Positions 39,290-48,644 of a stretch of 64,000 bases of DNA are shown here, piece after piece. Source of the DNA: an uncultured Desulfobacterales bacterium (lineage in GTDB: Bacteria; Desulfobacterota; Desulfobacteria; Desulfobacterales; CAJINA01); contig CAZYGG010000012.1 in assembly GCA_964647585.1 (NCBI GenBank), positions 4,762-68,761 of the forward strand, written 5' to 3'. The position numbers and the translations under genes are program-made. The stretch's first letter is position 1; each line of letters starts with the position of its first letter. The notes beneath the pieces are model-generated. The model was given only the letters and a program-made list of their open reading frames with translations. It was not told the DNA's origin and did not search any database.

Positions 39290-39635
39290 AAATGTCCCGC
39301 AAGCAAGCCTTCCGAATAACCCCAAGCACCCCTTCCAGGTTTTCAAAAACCTCGTTGTTCCAGAATCGTAGAACCATGAAACCATTGAGCTCCATAAAAT
39401 GGTCACGTTTTTTATCTTCCGGCTGACCTGCCGCGTGCTGCCCGCCGTCCAGTTCGACAATAAGCTTGTTCTCAAGACAGACAAAATCCACGATGTAGTT
39501 ATCAATCGGCTGTTGCCTTCTGAACTTATAGCCTTCCATTTGCCTGGCCCTGAGTCTTTGCCACAACCGGCTTTCAGCTTTTGTGGCCCCGCGTCGAAGC
39601 TTCTTTGCGTAGGGTGTGAGGTGGCTGTTTTTCAT
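39249..39635 (-). CDS. DUF559 (Vsr-like PD-(D/E)XK) endonuclease
   Basis: AKKLRR..T.AE..LW..LR, KFRRQQPI..YIVDFVC, IVELDGGQH, RD and VLRFWNNEV signature; last codons run into a family D palindrome. Confidence 0.93.
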   Translation of the reverse strand: MKNSHLTPYAKKLRRGATKAESRLWQRLRARQMEGYKFRRQQPIDNYIVDFVCLENKLIVELDGGQHAAGQPEDKKRDHFMELNGFMVLRFWNNEVFENLEGVLGVIRKACLRDISPSPDPSRQGRGE

Positions 39636-39664
39636 ATCAGAAACTTCTCCTTATTTTGGGCCTG

Positions 39665-39791
39665 CCCCCTCCCCCAACCCCTCCCGCGAGGGGAGGGGAG
39701 ACTTTCTGCAAAGGCTCATGTTGCCCCAGTCATCTCAGTAACCTCTTGACTATATACCCCCTCCCTTGACGGGAGGGGCTGGGGGAGGGTG
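39665..39791. repeat. Family D doublet upstream of the DUF559 gene
   Basis: Forward copy 39665-39698, reverse copy 39757-39791. Confidence 0.9.
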
Positions 39792-39912
39792 ACGCCCGCA
39801 ATAAAGACGTACTACCAGATCAGCATTACCGTTGGTAACAATGCCCCTCTTTTGACGAGCAGGGTCGGGAAAGGGTAAACCGCCGCTAAAAGCAGGCTCC
39901 CAGTTTCCGACC

Positions 39913-41103
39913 CTATTTTTCCATCAACTTGGAAATGGCCTGATCCAGGCCATCTAGGGAAAGTGGAAACATGGGATAAATCTGGCTGATGGCATTGATG
40001 GTGTGGGTGTAGCTCCACATTCGGGGGGGTACCGGATTGAGCCAGACGTTGTGGGGAAATGTTTCCGATAGAAATTTAAGCTGCTCGATGCTGGCCTTGC
40101 CGCTTCTCTCCTGCATGTAAATGGAGCCGTCCGCGGCCATTAACTCATAAGGCGCCATGCTGGCGTCTCCCACAAAGATGAGCCGGGTTTCGGGATCGTA
40201 TCTTGAGAATTCATTGACCCGCACCGGTTTTTTAATCCGGGTCGCGTCCCCCCACAGCGCATCATAAACAGTATTGTGAAAAAAGAATGTCTTCACATCT
40301 TTGAACTGGGCGCGGGCGTAATCAAAGAGCGTCTGGACCACGGGTATATAAGGATCCATGGACCATCCGCCGTTATCAATGGCGAGGATCACCTTAAGGC
40401 GGTCCTTGAGGCTGCGGGAAAAAACAATTTCGATCTCCCCACCGTTTTTCATCGTCCGGTAAATGGTTTCGTCAACATTTACCTGGTCCCGGGGTCCGCT
40501 GGGAATCAGGTTGCGCAGGCGCTTTAAAGCCTCGCCGATCATAGCCTGGGTCAAGGGCCCCTCTTGGGAATAATCTTTGTAGCGACGCTCCATGGCCACT
40601 TTTACCGCGGATTTATTCCTCGAAACGCCGCCCACGCGCATCCCGCCGGGATGATAGCCGGAATGCCCCACAGGGGATGTGCCGCCGGTCCCGATCCATT
40701 TGCTGCCCCCGTCGTGGCGGCCGTCCTGATCTTTCAGCCGTTCTTTAAAATAGTCGATGAGTTCTTCCGGGGAGAGTTTGCTGAGTTCGGATTCGTCCAT
40801 GCCCATGGCGTCCGCCAGGGTTTTCGGATCTTGCAGCCACTCTGCGAGCATGGCCCGGGCAATTTCATCCAGGATCATGTCGTCCGGCTCGGGCAGGTCC
40901 GCCCCTTCAAAATGGTGGGCAAAAACCTGGTCATACAGGTCAAAATAGCGTTCGCTTTTTACCAGGATCGTCCGGGAAGCGGTGTAAAAATCGTTCAAAG
41001 TCCGGACGAGTCCGCTCTTGAGCGCCCGGTGCAGGGTTAAAAAGGAGGTGGGGCTAACCGGTATACCCTGGTTTTTTAGCGTATAGAAAAAGTCTATAAA
41101 CAT
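39913..41103 (-). CDS. VWA-domain CoxE-like protein
   Basis: GSKWIGTGGTSPVGHSG, LAIDNGGWSM (MIDAS-like), FFFHN, FVGDASMAPYEL and VWLNP motifs. Confidence 0.88.
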   Translation of the reverse strand: MFIDFFYTLKNQGIPVSPTSFLTLHRALKSGLVRTLNDFYTASRTILVKSERYFDLYDQVFAHHFEGADLPEPDDMILDEIARAMLAEWLQDPKTLADAMGMDESELSKLSPEELIDYFKERLKDQDGRHDGGSKWIGTGGTSPVGHSGYHPGGMRVGGVSRNKSAVKVAMERRYKDYSQEGPLTQAMIGEALKRLRNLIPSGPRDQVNVDETIYRTMKNGGEIEIVFSRSLKDRLKVILAIDNGGWSMDPYIPVVQTLFDYARAQFKDVKTFFFHNTVYDALWGDATRIKKPVRVNEFSRYDPETRLIFVGDASMAPYELMAADGSIYMQERSGKASIEQLKFLSETFPHNVWLNPVPPRMWSYTHTINAISQIYPMFPLSLDGLDQAISKLMEK

Positions 41104-41124
41104 GAGTTTTCAAAATCTATTTTG

Positions 41125-41272
41125 AGCTATTAGCATTTAGCCTTTAGCTGTTTGGTTCAAACCATTGAGCATTTCTCAGCCGGGACCGTTGCCCATGGTG
41201 TCTTTCGTAGCGGATCCAAGTGACAATGAAAGTCTTTAGCTAATGGCAAACAGCCAACAGCTAATCGCTTAA
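41125..41272. repeat. Inverted pair of TAGC heptamer arrays
   Basis: tgagctattagcatttagcctttagctg ... tagctaatggcaaacagccaacagctaatcgctta. Confidence 0.65.
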
Positions 41273-41278
41273 TTCAGC

Positions 41279-42133
41279 CTAAAACAACCGCCGCCGGTTG
41301 GTCTGCTGCGCGGCCCGCTCATAGTCCTGGCTCTTTTTAAAAAGAACCCCCAGGTAGGGCACCTCGCCTTTGGCCAGTTTGCGGGGTTTGAAATCCGGAT
41401 CAGCCTGCAGGGCCCGCAGCCAGTTGAGCAACTCCCGGGTGGCCGGCCGCTTCTCAATGGCATCCAGTTCCCGCAGGCCATAGAAGGTGTTGACCGTATT
41501 GTCCAGCAGTTCCTTGTCAATTTCCGGGAAATGGACCCGGATGATCTTGCGCATCATTTTCGGATCCGGAAAAGCAATGTGGTGAAAGTTACACCGGCCC
41601 AGGAAGGGGTCGGAAAGATCTTTTTTCGCATTGGAGGTAATAATAAAAACCGGTCGGCGCTTGGCCGGCACGGTCCGATCTATCTCGATGATATCGAATT
41701 CCATCTGGTCCAGAACATCCAGCATGTCATCCTGGAAATCCGTATCAGCCTTGTCAATTTCATCGATGAGCAGCACGGTTCTTTCATCGGCGGTAAACGC
41801 CTGGCCGATTTTGCCCATCTTGATATAGTCCTCGATATTGCTGACGTCTCGCTTGGAATCCCCGAAGCGGCTGTCATTGAGCCTTGTCAGGGTGTCATAC
41901 TGGTACAGGGCTTCCACCAGTTTCATGCTGGACTTTACGTTCAGAACGATCAACGGCATGCCAAGGTTCTCCGCGATGGCGTGAGCCAGCATGGTTTTCC
42001 CGGTACCCGGCTCACCCTTTAGCAGCAGCGGCATTTCCAGGGCCATTGAAATGTTGACAATTCCGGCAAGTTCCTCATCCAGCACATAGCGGGTGGAGCC
42101 GGTAAAATTTCCATTTGTTGATTCTGCAGTCAT
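41279..42133 (-). CDS. MoxR/CoxD-like AAA+ ATPase
   Basis: LLKGEPGTGKT, LLIDEIDKAD, IITSNAKKDLSDPFLGRC and PATRELLNW motifs; adjacent to the VWA gene. Confidence 0.92.
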   Translation of the reverse strand: MTAESTNGNFTGSTRYVLDEELAGIVNISMALEMPLLLKGEPGTGKTMLAHAIAENLGMPLIVLNVKSSMKLVEALYQYDTLTRLNDSRFGDSKRDVSNIEDYIKMGKIGQAFTADERTVLLIDEIDKADTDFQDDMLDVLDQMEFDIIEIDRTVPAKRRPVFIITSNAKKDLSDPFLGRCNFHHIAFPDPKMMRKIIRVHFPEIDKELLDNTVNTFYGLRELDAIEKRPATRELLNWLRALQADPDFKPRKLAKGEVPYLGVLFKKSQDYERAAQQTNRRRLF

Positions 42134-42214
42134 GGTTCTCCTCGTTGACTTGCACGATAGGGTTTTCTGACTATCGCGGCTCTGTTGAAACTCAAATTGT
42201 ATATTGTTGTCGTT

Positions 42215-42305
42215 TTAAGTCTTAGGTGTTAGGTTTTATGTTTTACAAATCGAGTTTACATTGCACATTAGAATCCTAAAACATAACACTTAACACCTAA
42301 CACCG
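42215..42305. repeat. Inverted pair of TAACACC/TAGGTGT heptamer arrays
   Basis: ttaagtcttaggtgttaggtttt ... cctaaaacataacacttaacacctaacacc. Confidence 0.7.
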
Positions 42306-42350
42306 CTTCGTCCGACTTCGAAAACTATCTTTTAAAACCACGTTCATATG

Positions 42351-43421
42351 TCAACCAATATCCTGCCGAATCAACCGCGACAGGTCCCGGGTCAGTTCCA
42401 GCACCTTCAGGGCAAGCGGCCGGGTCTGCGAACCGACTCCGCAGGCAGGGGTTATCAATGACCGGTCCATCACCATTTCCCGGGTGAGTCCCAGGTTGAT
42501 CACCTGTTCAAGCTGGCCCTCCCATTTGATCCGCAGTGACTTGGCCGTTTCTTTTTCGATATCTTCGGCTTCCAGGGTCGGAACGATGCCCCAGGCCAGG
42601 AGGCCGCCGCCGGCGACAAAACTTTTCAATTGGTCCGGGTATAGGATGAGCCGGTCAAAATAAGCATAGGCATCGAAATTGATGATATCCAGGGAGGAAT
42701 CCAACAGCAGGGACCAGTCCGTGTTGGCGCATACGTGGACACCCGCCAGGCCGCCTTCGTCGTGAATCGCCTCCGCCACTTCCTCCAGGCAGGCGATAAC
42801 CTCTTCCCGGGTGATACTGATAAACTCCGAGGACCCAAAACCGGCCAGACCCGGTTCATCCAGGAAAATAATGACCGGTTGGCCGAATTTTGAAAGCGAC
42901 CGCACCTGCCACCGGGCTTTCATAGCCAGCAGTTTGACGACGGCATCCCGGAGTTGGTCGTGGTAAAAAATCGCCTGGTCATGCTGGTCTTTTACACCGG
43001 TTGCAAATGTTATCGGCCCGCTCACCTGGCCTTTGATCGCACGCGGAGCCGCACCGGATGCCCCCAGCCCCCTACAGAGAGCGAAAAAGCCGGCCGCGGT
43101 CCTATCGTCCAGCGTAAAAACAGAATCATCCAGATTGGCGGCATCTTCTGAACAGGCCAGGTAGGCCTCATAAAAAGTAACCAGTTCGGCCTCGAAACCG
43201 CTGCTGCCGGTATCGATATATTGCCGGTCTCCCTTAACAGTGACACCGGGAAGTCCAGGCAGGAACTGGGGAATCATGCCCTCCTGCCTGAAGGCGGGCA
43301 GCTGCGCCCACGTCGGAACATCCGGGGTGTGGGCCATGACAAGCTCGTGGGCTTCCCCGTGGTCTTCCACGGGCAGGCTGCCAATCAGGGTCGGCAGGCA
43401 GGCAGGTTTAAAATCGGTCAT
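42351..43421 (-). CDS. Core (single-domain, cobalamin-independent) methionine synthase, MesB-like
   Basis: GSLP, WAQLP, KGQVSGPITF, DEP, HVCANTDW, WGIVPT and ITPACG; HxC...C zinc ligands; no N-terminal MetE half. Confidence 0.75.
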   Translation of the reverse strand: MTDFKPACLPTLIGSLPVEDHGEAHELVMAHTPDVPTWAQLPAFRQEGMIPQFLPGLPGVTVKGDRQYIDTGSSGFEAELVTFYEAYLACSEDAANLDDSVFTLDDRTAAGFFALCRGLGASGAAPRAIKGQVSGPITFATGVKDQHDQAIFYHDQLRDAVVKLLAMKARWQVRSLSKFGQPVIIFLDEPGLAGFGSSEFISITREEVIACLEEVAEAIHDEGGLAGVHVCANTDWSLLLDSSLDIINFDAYAYFDRLILYPDQLKSFVAGGGLLAWGIVPTLEAEDIEKETAKSLRIKWEGQLEQVINLGLTREMVMDRSLITPACGVGSQTRPLALKVLELTRDLSRLIRQDIG

Positions 43422-43496
43422 TGTTTATCCTTAGTTGGGTTGGATCTGAATAGATTGGCTAAATTAATACACCTTTAGGCACTTTTCAAGGCATCC

Positions 43497-43529
43497 AAAA
43501 AAAAGATGGCCGGGAAAACCCGGCCATCT
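43497..43529 (-). terminator. Intrinsic terminator of the envelope operon
   Basis: agatggccggg-aaaa-cccggccatct 11-bp stem preceded by an A8 run. Confidence 0.85.
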
Positions 43530-43572
43530 GCAAATTGTACCTGGTCTGTCACGGTGAAACGAAAAACCGATT

Positions 43573-43613
43573 TGAAGCTGATCTCAAAAAACGGATTTTG
43601 AGACAACTTCTTA
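43573..43613. mobile_element. Collapsed family A MITE (TIRs only)
   Basis: tgaagctgatctcaaaaaacggattttgagacaacttctta; overlaps the FecR gene stop codon. Confidence 0.6.
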
Positions 43614-44375
43614 TTCTATCTCACTGTCCCGCATCTGGTTCCAACGTACCCACTCGTTCAAGTCCGCCTTGATATCAAACCGGAAAGGTTTGGCGGCGGT
43701 GCCATCCGAATTGATGTTGATCTGCTGGAGCGATTTAACAATATAGACCCATTCTTCCATGGAAATCGGGTGCGGACCTTTGATGGGCACCGGTTTGGTA
43801 AAAACCGGGGGTGCGGCCTTGGTGCCGGCAGCCCCTTCAGATTTTTTCCGCACTTCCACTTCACCGCCATAGACCTTCAGGACCGCGGAATTGTCTTCCT
43901 CCACGTTCATGCGGAAGGTGGTCCCCCGAACCCCGGCCACCGCTGTCTGGGTCGCAATATCGAAACCACCCCGTTTTTTACCAAACAGTTTGGCAACCCG
44001 GGCCCATGTTTTTCCCACCACCATGGAAATCCGGATATTGCGGGACTGGCTCTTTTGGGAACCGGTCATGGAAACCAGCTTGAAGGTTGTCCGTTCGTCA
44101 AAACGCAGGTAACTGCCGTCCGGCAGTTTCAATTCCAGACGCGCGCCGGTCCCGGTTGTTACCTGGTCTCCGGCAGCCAGAAGCTTTCCCGCTGCCAGCT
44201 TCAGATGCTTCGTGGTCCCGACACGGATAACCATGGCCTTACCGGTCAGGGTAGTCACCGCGGCGGTACCCGTACCGACATCCACCTTGACGGTTCCCGC
44301 CGCAACTGGAAAAACCAGAAACGTCAGGCAAAAAAACAGAGTCGCCAACACACCATATGTTCCAAGTTTCCTCAT
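43611..44375 (-). CDS. FecR-domain exported protein
   Basis: Signal peptide MRKLGTYGVLATLFFC; GDQVTTG..ARLELKLPDGS.LRFDE and TAVAGVRGT motifs. Confidence 0.85.
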   Translation of the reverse strand: MRKLGTYGVLATLFFCLTFLVFPVAAGTVKVDVGTGTAAVTTLTGKAMVIRVGTTKHLKLAAGKLLAAGDQVTTGTGARLELKLPDGSYLRFDERTTFKLVSMTGSQKSQSRNIRISMVVGKTWARVAKLFGKKRGGFDIATQTAVAGVRGTTFRMNVEEDNSAVLKVYGGEVEVRKKSEGAAGTKAAPPVFTKPVPIKGPHPISMEEWVYIVKSLQQININSDGTAAKPFRFDIKADLNEWVRWNQMRDSEIE

Positions 44376-44416
44376 ATTAACCTCATAGAATTCCCCGGTT
44401 CCAGTTTTGAGATGCA

Positions 44417-44589
44417 TAGAGGCTATCTCAAAAAACAGATTTTGGTTCCCCGCAAAAAACGCGCGGGATCTGCGACAAATCAAGGCGGACGCGAGGTTCA
44501 ACCCGGAGGAATACTCCGGTATTTTGAGGACTTGAACCGAGCGCCCAACGCCGAGATTGGGCCAAAAGACTTTTTTTAGATGGCTTTTA
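44417..44589. mobile_element. TA-ended MITE (family A, copy 4)
   Basis: tagaggctatctcaaaaaacagattttggttc...aaagactttttttagatggctttta. Confidence 0.85.
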
Positions 44590-44591
44590 CT

Positions 44592-45758
44592 CTAATATTT
44601 GGCCAACTGCGACTTCAGGGTCCTGATGCTCAGCAGAGCATCCGCCCCGGGAATACTGCCGGCGGCATCGAATTCACCGGTGCCCACATCTTTGGCATTC
44701 ATTATCCCGCGGGTGGTGCAGACCATCACCGCATTGAAATAGGGCAGATCATTTCTCAAATCCGGAAACGGCGACTGGTTGCCGATAAACATGGTGGCCA
44801 AGCCCGTGTCACGGGTTATAGTAATCATGATATCTTCAACAATCATGGCAAACTCCGCCCTTGTGGTGGGCTGGTTCGGCTTGAAGGTATGATCCGGAAA
44901 GGGCTGCATACCCTTGATGCCAATGGCAATAACCGCGTCTATATCGGCCTTCAAAACATGGTTTGCAATATCCGTAGCCGGCGGCGCCTTTACGTATTCC
45001 CCGGCTTTAAACGTTTTGCCCGGCGCTTTGTAAGACGTATCGAAGGTCCGCTTGGCACGGCGCTTGTAAAGATCGTCGATTTGCAGTTCGTGAATGAACA
45101 GGGCCGCCAGGTCGGCCCGGGTAATACTATCCTGAATGGCGATCTGCTTGCCGATGGTTGATCCGGGCATCGCCCGTTCAATTTTCTGCATCAGGGCATA
45201 TTCCCGATCCGCCTCTTCGACCAGGCCCTTATCGAGATCCAGTACTTTGGTAAACTCACGGGAAGCCTTCCTGAACTCATACTTGGTTTTATAGGCCAGC
45301 CCCATGTAGTAAAAGGCATCGGGCTGTTCCGGCAAGCGACTAGACGCCTTCCGGTAGTTGCTTCTCAGTTCGTCGAACCAGTCGCGATCCGCCTGCTGCT
45401 TGCCCATCAGGTAGACCCGCATATAGCCGATTTCCACATCGTATTTCTGTGAATCGCCTTTGGCATACCCGGCCGCTTTTTTCATCTGCTTCAGACCGGC
45501 TTCGTAATCTCCCTTGTAACTGAACCCCAACCCGAGTCCCAGGTAAGCCGGGGCATATTTCGGATCGAGTGCTTTGGCGCGTTCAAACTCGGTAATGGCC
45601 CCGTCGTAATTACCGGCCTTGAGCAATTTGTTGCCGCTCATCACGTGGTGTTCGGGTGTATCCATCGTGGCCTGCGGTTTGGCCGCTTGCTGGGCACAGG
45701 CAAAGGTAATAAACGCTAAAAGTATCAACAGACTGGCTGTCACATTGCGTAAAGACAT
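44592..45758 (-). CDS. Exported TPR-repeat protein with C-terminal S-layer homology (SLH) motifs
   Basis: Signal peptide MSLRNV; TPRs (AYLGLG, AFYYMGLAY); SLH-like ITRADLA, FPDHTFKPNQPTTRAEFA and FPDL. Confidence 0.8.
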   Translation of the reverse strand: MSLRNVTASLLILLAFITFACAQQAAKPQATMDTPEHHVMSGNKLLKAGNYDGAITEFERAKALDPKYAPAYLGLGLGFSYKGDYEAGLKQMKKAAGYAKGDSQKYDVEIGYMRVYLMGKQQADRDWFDELRSNYRKASSRLPEQPDAFYYMGLAYKTKYEFRKASREFTKVLDLDKGLVEEADREYALMQKIERAMPGSTIGKQIAIQDSITRADLAALFIHELQIDDLYKRRAKRTFDTSYKAPGKTFKAGEYVKAPPATDIANHVLKADIDAVIAIGIKGMQPFPDHTFKPNQPTTRAEFAMIVEDIMITITRDTGLATMFIGNQSPFPDLRNDLPYFNAVMVCTTRGIMNAKDVGTGEFDAAGSIPGADALLSIRTLKSQLAKY

Positions 45759-45787
45759 GGTTCCTCCTTGAAACGTATCCTGATAAG

Positions 45788-46636
45788 TTAGTCGACAACA
45801 ATCATCACCCGACATTTTTCCAGAAACGAAAGATCCGCCGCTGAGTTCCGCAGCCGCACCGCATCCGTATTGCTGATAACGATATCGCACTGCCCGGGCC
45901 CTTCGACCCGCAACCCCTTCACCACCAGCGGATTCGCGGTCACACGCTGATTCTGCTTGGCCGATCCAAGGTCTTTGGCGTATCCGCTCATGCCCTGCTG
46001 GACAGCAAACTCGCGACTGACAAAGGCACTGCCGTAAACCTCCTGGCCGGATTCGTCCAGGACCTTCGGCGCCATGGCCGGCCGCACCCCGAGGCCGCGG
46101 GCGTCCACCACCAGACCGGTCAGGACAGCGGAAGAAGGTGCCGCTTCTCCCGGCGCCGCGCCGGGTGTTTCCATGGGAACAGTCATAATTGCCTGGGGCA
46201 GCAGCACCTCGGAAAAATTGCCGTACATGCTGATCTCCATGATCACCTCAACCGTGCCATCGGACATGTACTCAACGTCGATCTCCCGGGCGCCCCTGAC
46301 CATACCCTCAACCTGGGACCGGATGGTATCACTCTGGACAGCGAAATCTTTTACAACGGTGGTCGAATCGACCCGGATACCGTTAACCGTTTCCAGGATA
46401 TTCCTGAGGGCAACGATCTTGGCCGCCCGAATCGCCATGGGCCGGGCATTGGGTTTGCCGTAATACTTTTCCGGCGGGGCCCCGATGCCTTTGCCCTGGA
46501 TGACGCCCTTTGTCCAGTTTACGGATCCTTCACCAACATGCTGAACAAAACTCTGGGCCAGCGCACCGGATAGAAACCCGGGAATCACCAGCAATAACCC
46601 CAGTATGATTGTTAACATGACACCTGATTTTTTCAT
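45788..46636 (-). CDS. LPP20/FlgT-N-like exported protein
   Basis: Signal peptide; VNW..G.I..KGIG, A.RAA...A.RN.LE.V.G..VDS.T.V pattern. Confidence 0.65.
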   Translation of the reverse strand: MKKSGVMLTIILGLLLVIPGFLSGALAQSFVQHVGEGSVNWTKGVIQGKGIGAPPEKYYGKPNARPMAIRAAKIVALRNILETVNGIRVDSTTVVKDFAVQSDTIRSQVEGMVRGAREIDVEYMSDGTVEVIMEISMYGNFSEVLLPQAIMTVPMETPGAAPGEAAPSSAVLTGLVVDARGLGVRPAMAPKVLDESGQEVYGSAFVSREFAVQQGMSGYAKDLGSAKQNQRVTANPLVVKGLRVEGPGQCDIVISNTDAVRLRNSAADLSFLEKCRVMIVVD

Positions 46637-46656
46637 AACACCTCCATTGCTTGATT

Positions 46657-47535
46657 CTATAAAGAATGTTTCCTAAGGTAATATTTCGCAGCCTTATTGG
46701 ATGGATTAATGCCCAGGGTCTTCTTCCACCAGTTCAGGGCCTCTTTTTGTCTCCCCTTTTTCAATGCCGTCAAGGCGGCATCATTGTAGGCTTTTGCCAG
46801 ATTAAAAATTGCGTCCGTGTTATGCGGGTTAACCGCAAGCGCCTTCTGCCACCAGTTTACAGCCGCCTGGCGCTCCCCGCGGTTAAAAAAGATCCACCCG
46901 ATCTCGTTCATGGCCCGCGTGTGCGTCGGCTTGATCACAAGCGCCTTTTTGTATTCCAAAAGGGCATTGGCGGCCATATCCAGATCGTGAAAAGCTTTTC
47001 CCAGCCGGTAATGGGTTTCGGACTCACCGGAATCAGCATCCCGGGCTTTTTTCAGGTATTCAACGGCCTTGGCCGAATGATGCCTGAAATTGTATATGGT
47101 GCCAATAAAATAGTATGCGTCCGCGTTGGCCGGGTCGATTTTTATAATATCAGAAAACCAGTTAAACGCGCGGTTGATCTCCCCGTTTTGCAAAGACAGA
47201 ATCCCGAGCCAGAGCATGGCAAACGTGTTTTTCCGGTCTATCTGCAATGCGGTTGAAAATCTTAGGGCCGCGCTCTGGTAGTTGCCTTTTTTGGCGTACA
47301 GGAGTCCGAGTTGGTTGTGCGCGAATTCATTGTTCGGGTCCAGCCGCAGGGCTTTTTCAAATCGCTGGATCGCTTTTTCAATATCACCCCGATAGTGAAA
47401 ATCGGACCCCTGAAAAATCAAGGTGTTTACATCTGCGGCGGCCGCCTGTCCGCCCGGCAGCCCGTTAAAGAGCACCAGTGCCAGGGTAGCCACCGCCAAA
47501 ATCATAAATCCCGAAACCCGGTCGGAGCAGTTCAT
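46657..47535 (-). CDS. Exported tetratricopeptide repeat protein
   Basis: About seven TPR units (AHNQLG, AYYFIG, THYRLG, AMNEIG, AIFNLA). Confidence 0.88.
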   Translation of the reverse strand: MNCSDRVSGFMILAVATLALVLFNGLPGGQAAAADVNTLIFQGSDFHYRGDIEKAIQRFEKALRLDPNNEFAHNQLGLLYAKKGNYQSAALRFSTALQIDRKNTFAMLWLGILSLQNGEINRAFNWFSDIIKIDPANADAYYFIGTIYNFRHHSAKAVEYLKKARDADSGESETHYRLGKAFHDLDMAANALLEYKKALVIKPTHTRAMNEIGWIFFNRGERQAAVNWWQKALAVNPHNTDAIFNLAKAYNDAALTALKKGRQKEALNWWKKTLGINPSNKAAKYYLRKHSL

Positions 47536-48644
47536 AAGATCCCCCTTGCGATGGCGTTGACGATCTTTGCCCTGAAACCCGCCTGAGCAAGCAAGGCCTC
47601 TTCCCCGGGATTCGAGATAAAACCAGCTTCCAACAGTATGGCGGGCATTTTTGCTTTTCGCAAGACAAAAAAGTTGGCCGAATGGATGCCCCGGCTCTTA
47701 AAAGGCAGCTCTGATTTGAACCGGTTTTGGAAACCAACCGCGAATTTTCCGCTCTCCTGCCAGTTGACTTTCTGGCCGAAGGCCGCCAGTATCTGTTCAA
47801 TATCTATATAGCCCCGTTTTCGTTGTTTTTTCTCGTCGTAGCTGAGAACCGTATTTTCCAGCGAAGCCACCCGGGCCGCTTCGGTACTGGAGGCCTTTTC
47901 GGAACAAAAATAGGTCTCGGATCCATGTGCCTGCCTGTTTTTATTGGCATTTATGTGGATGCTGATGAAAAGATCGGCGCGGTACTGGTTGGCGATAACC
48001 GTCCGTTCACTCAGGGGAACGTAGTAATCACCCGTTCGGGTCAGAAAGGATCTCACCTGTCCTTTTTCCGCCAACAACTGATGCAGCCGGCGGGCCAGGT
48101 CAAGCGTAACGGCCTTCTCCTGTAAGCCGTTTTTGCCCACCGCCCCAGCATCGAATCCCCCATGCCCCGGGTCGATAACCACCCGTCTGACGCGATACCC
48201 CAGGCCGGCATCGGAGGTGAGTCTTTGCGACATCGTTTGTGCTTCCTGGAGCGCGGCCTGTTCGGCCCGCGCATCGACACTGGTCTTGTGTCTGGCACCC
48301 GCGAGCGGTTTTTGGGTCATAATGTCAATCATCATGCGGGAATAGGTATCGTCAGGATTGATCCGGATCGCTTCCCGAAAGGCCCCCACCGCCTCGGCGG
48401 ACCGACCCAACTCTCTCAGGGCCCGTCCCAGCAGCCCGAAAGCCCAGTCGCTCGACGGATCCAGTTTGACCGCCCGGGTCAGTACCTCAACCGCGCTGGC
48501 AAACTCTCTTTTTTGTATAAACGCCTGGCCTTTCAAAGCATATTCAAAAGCGCTGCTGCCCCGCAATACACCCGGCGCCAGCAATACACCCGATAGCCCC
48601 ATAGCACCCTTTCCCAGGGTTTTTAAAAAAGCCCTGCGATCCAT
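47532..48644 (-). CDS. N-acetylmuramoyl-L-alanine amidase (Amidase_3) with N-terminal TPRs and Tat signal
   Basis: MDRRAFLK signal; VVIDPGHGG, EK..TL, FISIHIN and ILLEAGFISN motifs. Confidence 0.92.
   Translation of the reverse strand: MDRRAFLKTLGKGAMGLSGVLLAPGVLRGSSAFEYALKGQAFIQKREFASAVEVLTRAVKLDPSSDWAFGLLGRALRELGRSAEAVGAFREAIRINPDDTYSRMMIDIMTQKPLAGARHKTSVDARAEQAALQEAQTMSQRLTSDAGLGYRVRRVVIDPGHGGFDAGAVGKNGLQEKAVTLDLARRLHQLLAEKGQVRSFLTRTGDYYVPLSERTVIANQYRADLFISIHINANKNRQAHGSETYFCSEKASSTEAARVASLENTVLSYDEKKQRKRGYIDIEQILAAFGQKVNWQESGKFAVGFQNRFKSELPFKSRGIHSANFFVLRKAKMPAILLEAGFISNPGEEALLAQAGFRAKIVNAIARGIL

Noticed and set aside
39097-39306. 69-aa ORF as an independent gene
   Set aside because: Composed of the duplicated DUF559 tail and repeats; reported as a duplication instead.
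39045-39791. CRISPR array interpretation of the 33-bp repeats
   Set aside because: Repeats alternate in orientation, spacers are homologous to each other or coding, and no cas genes are present.
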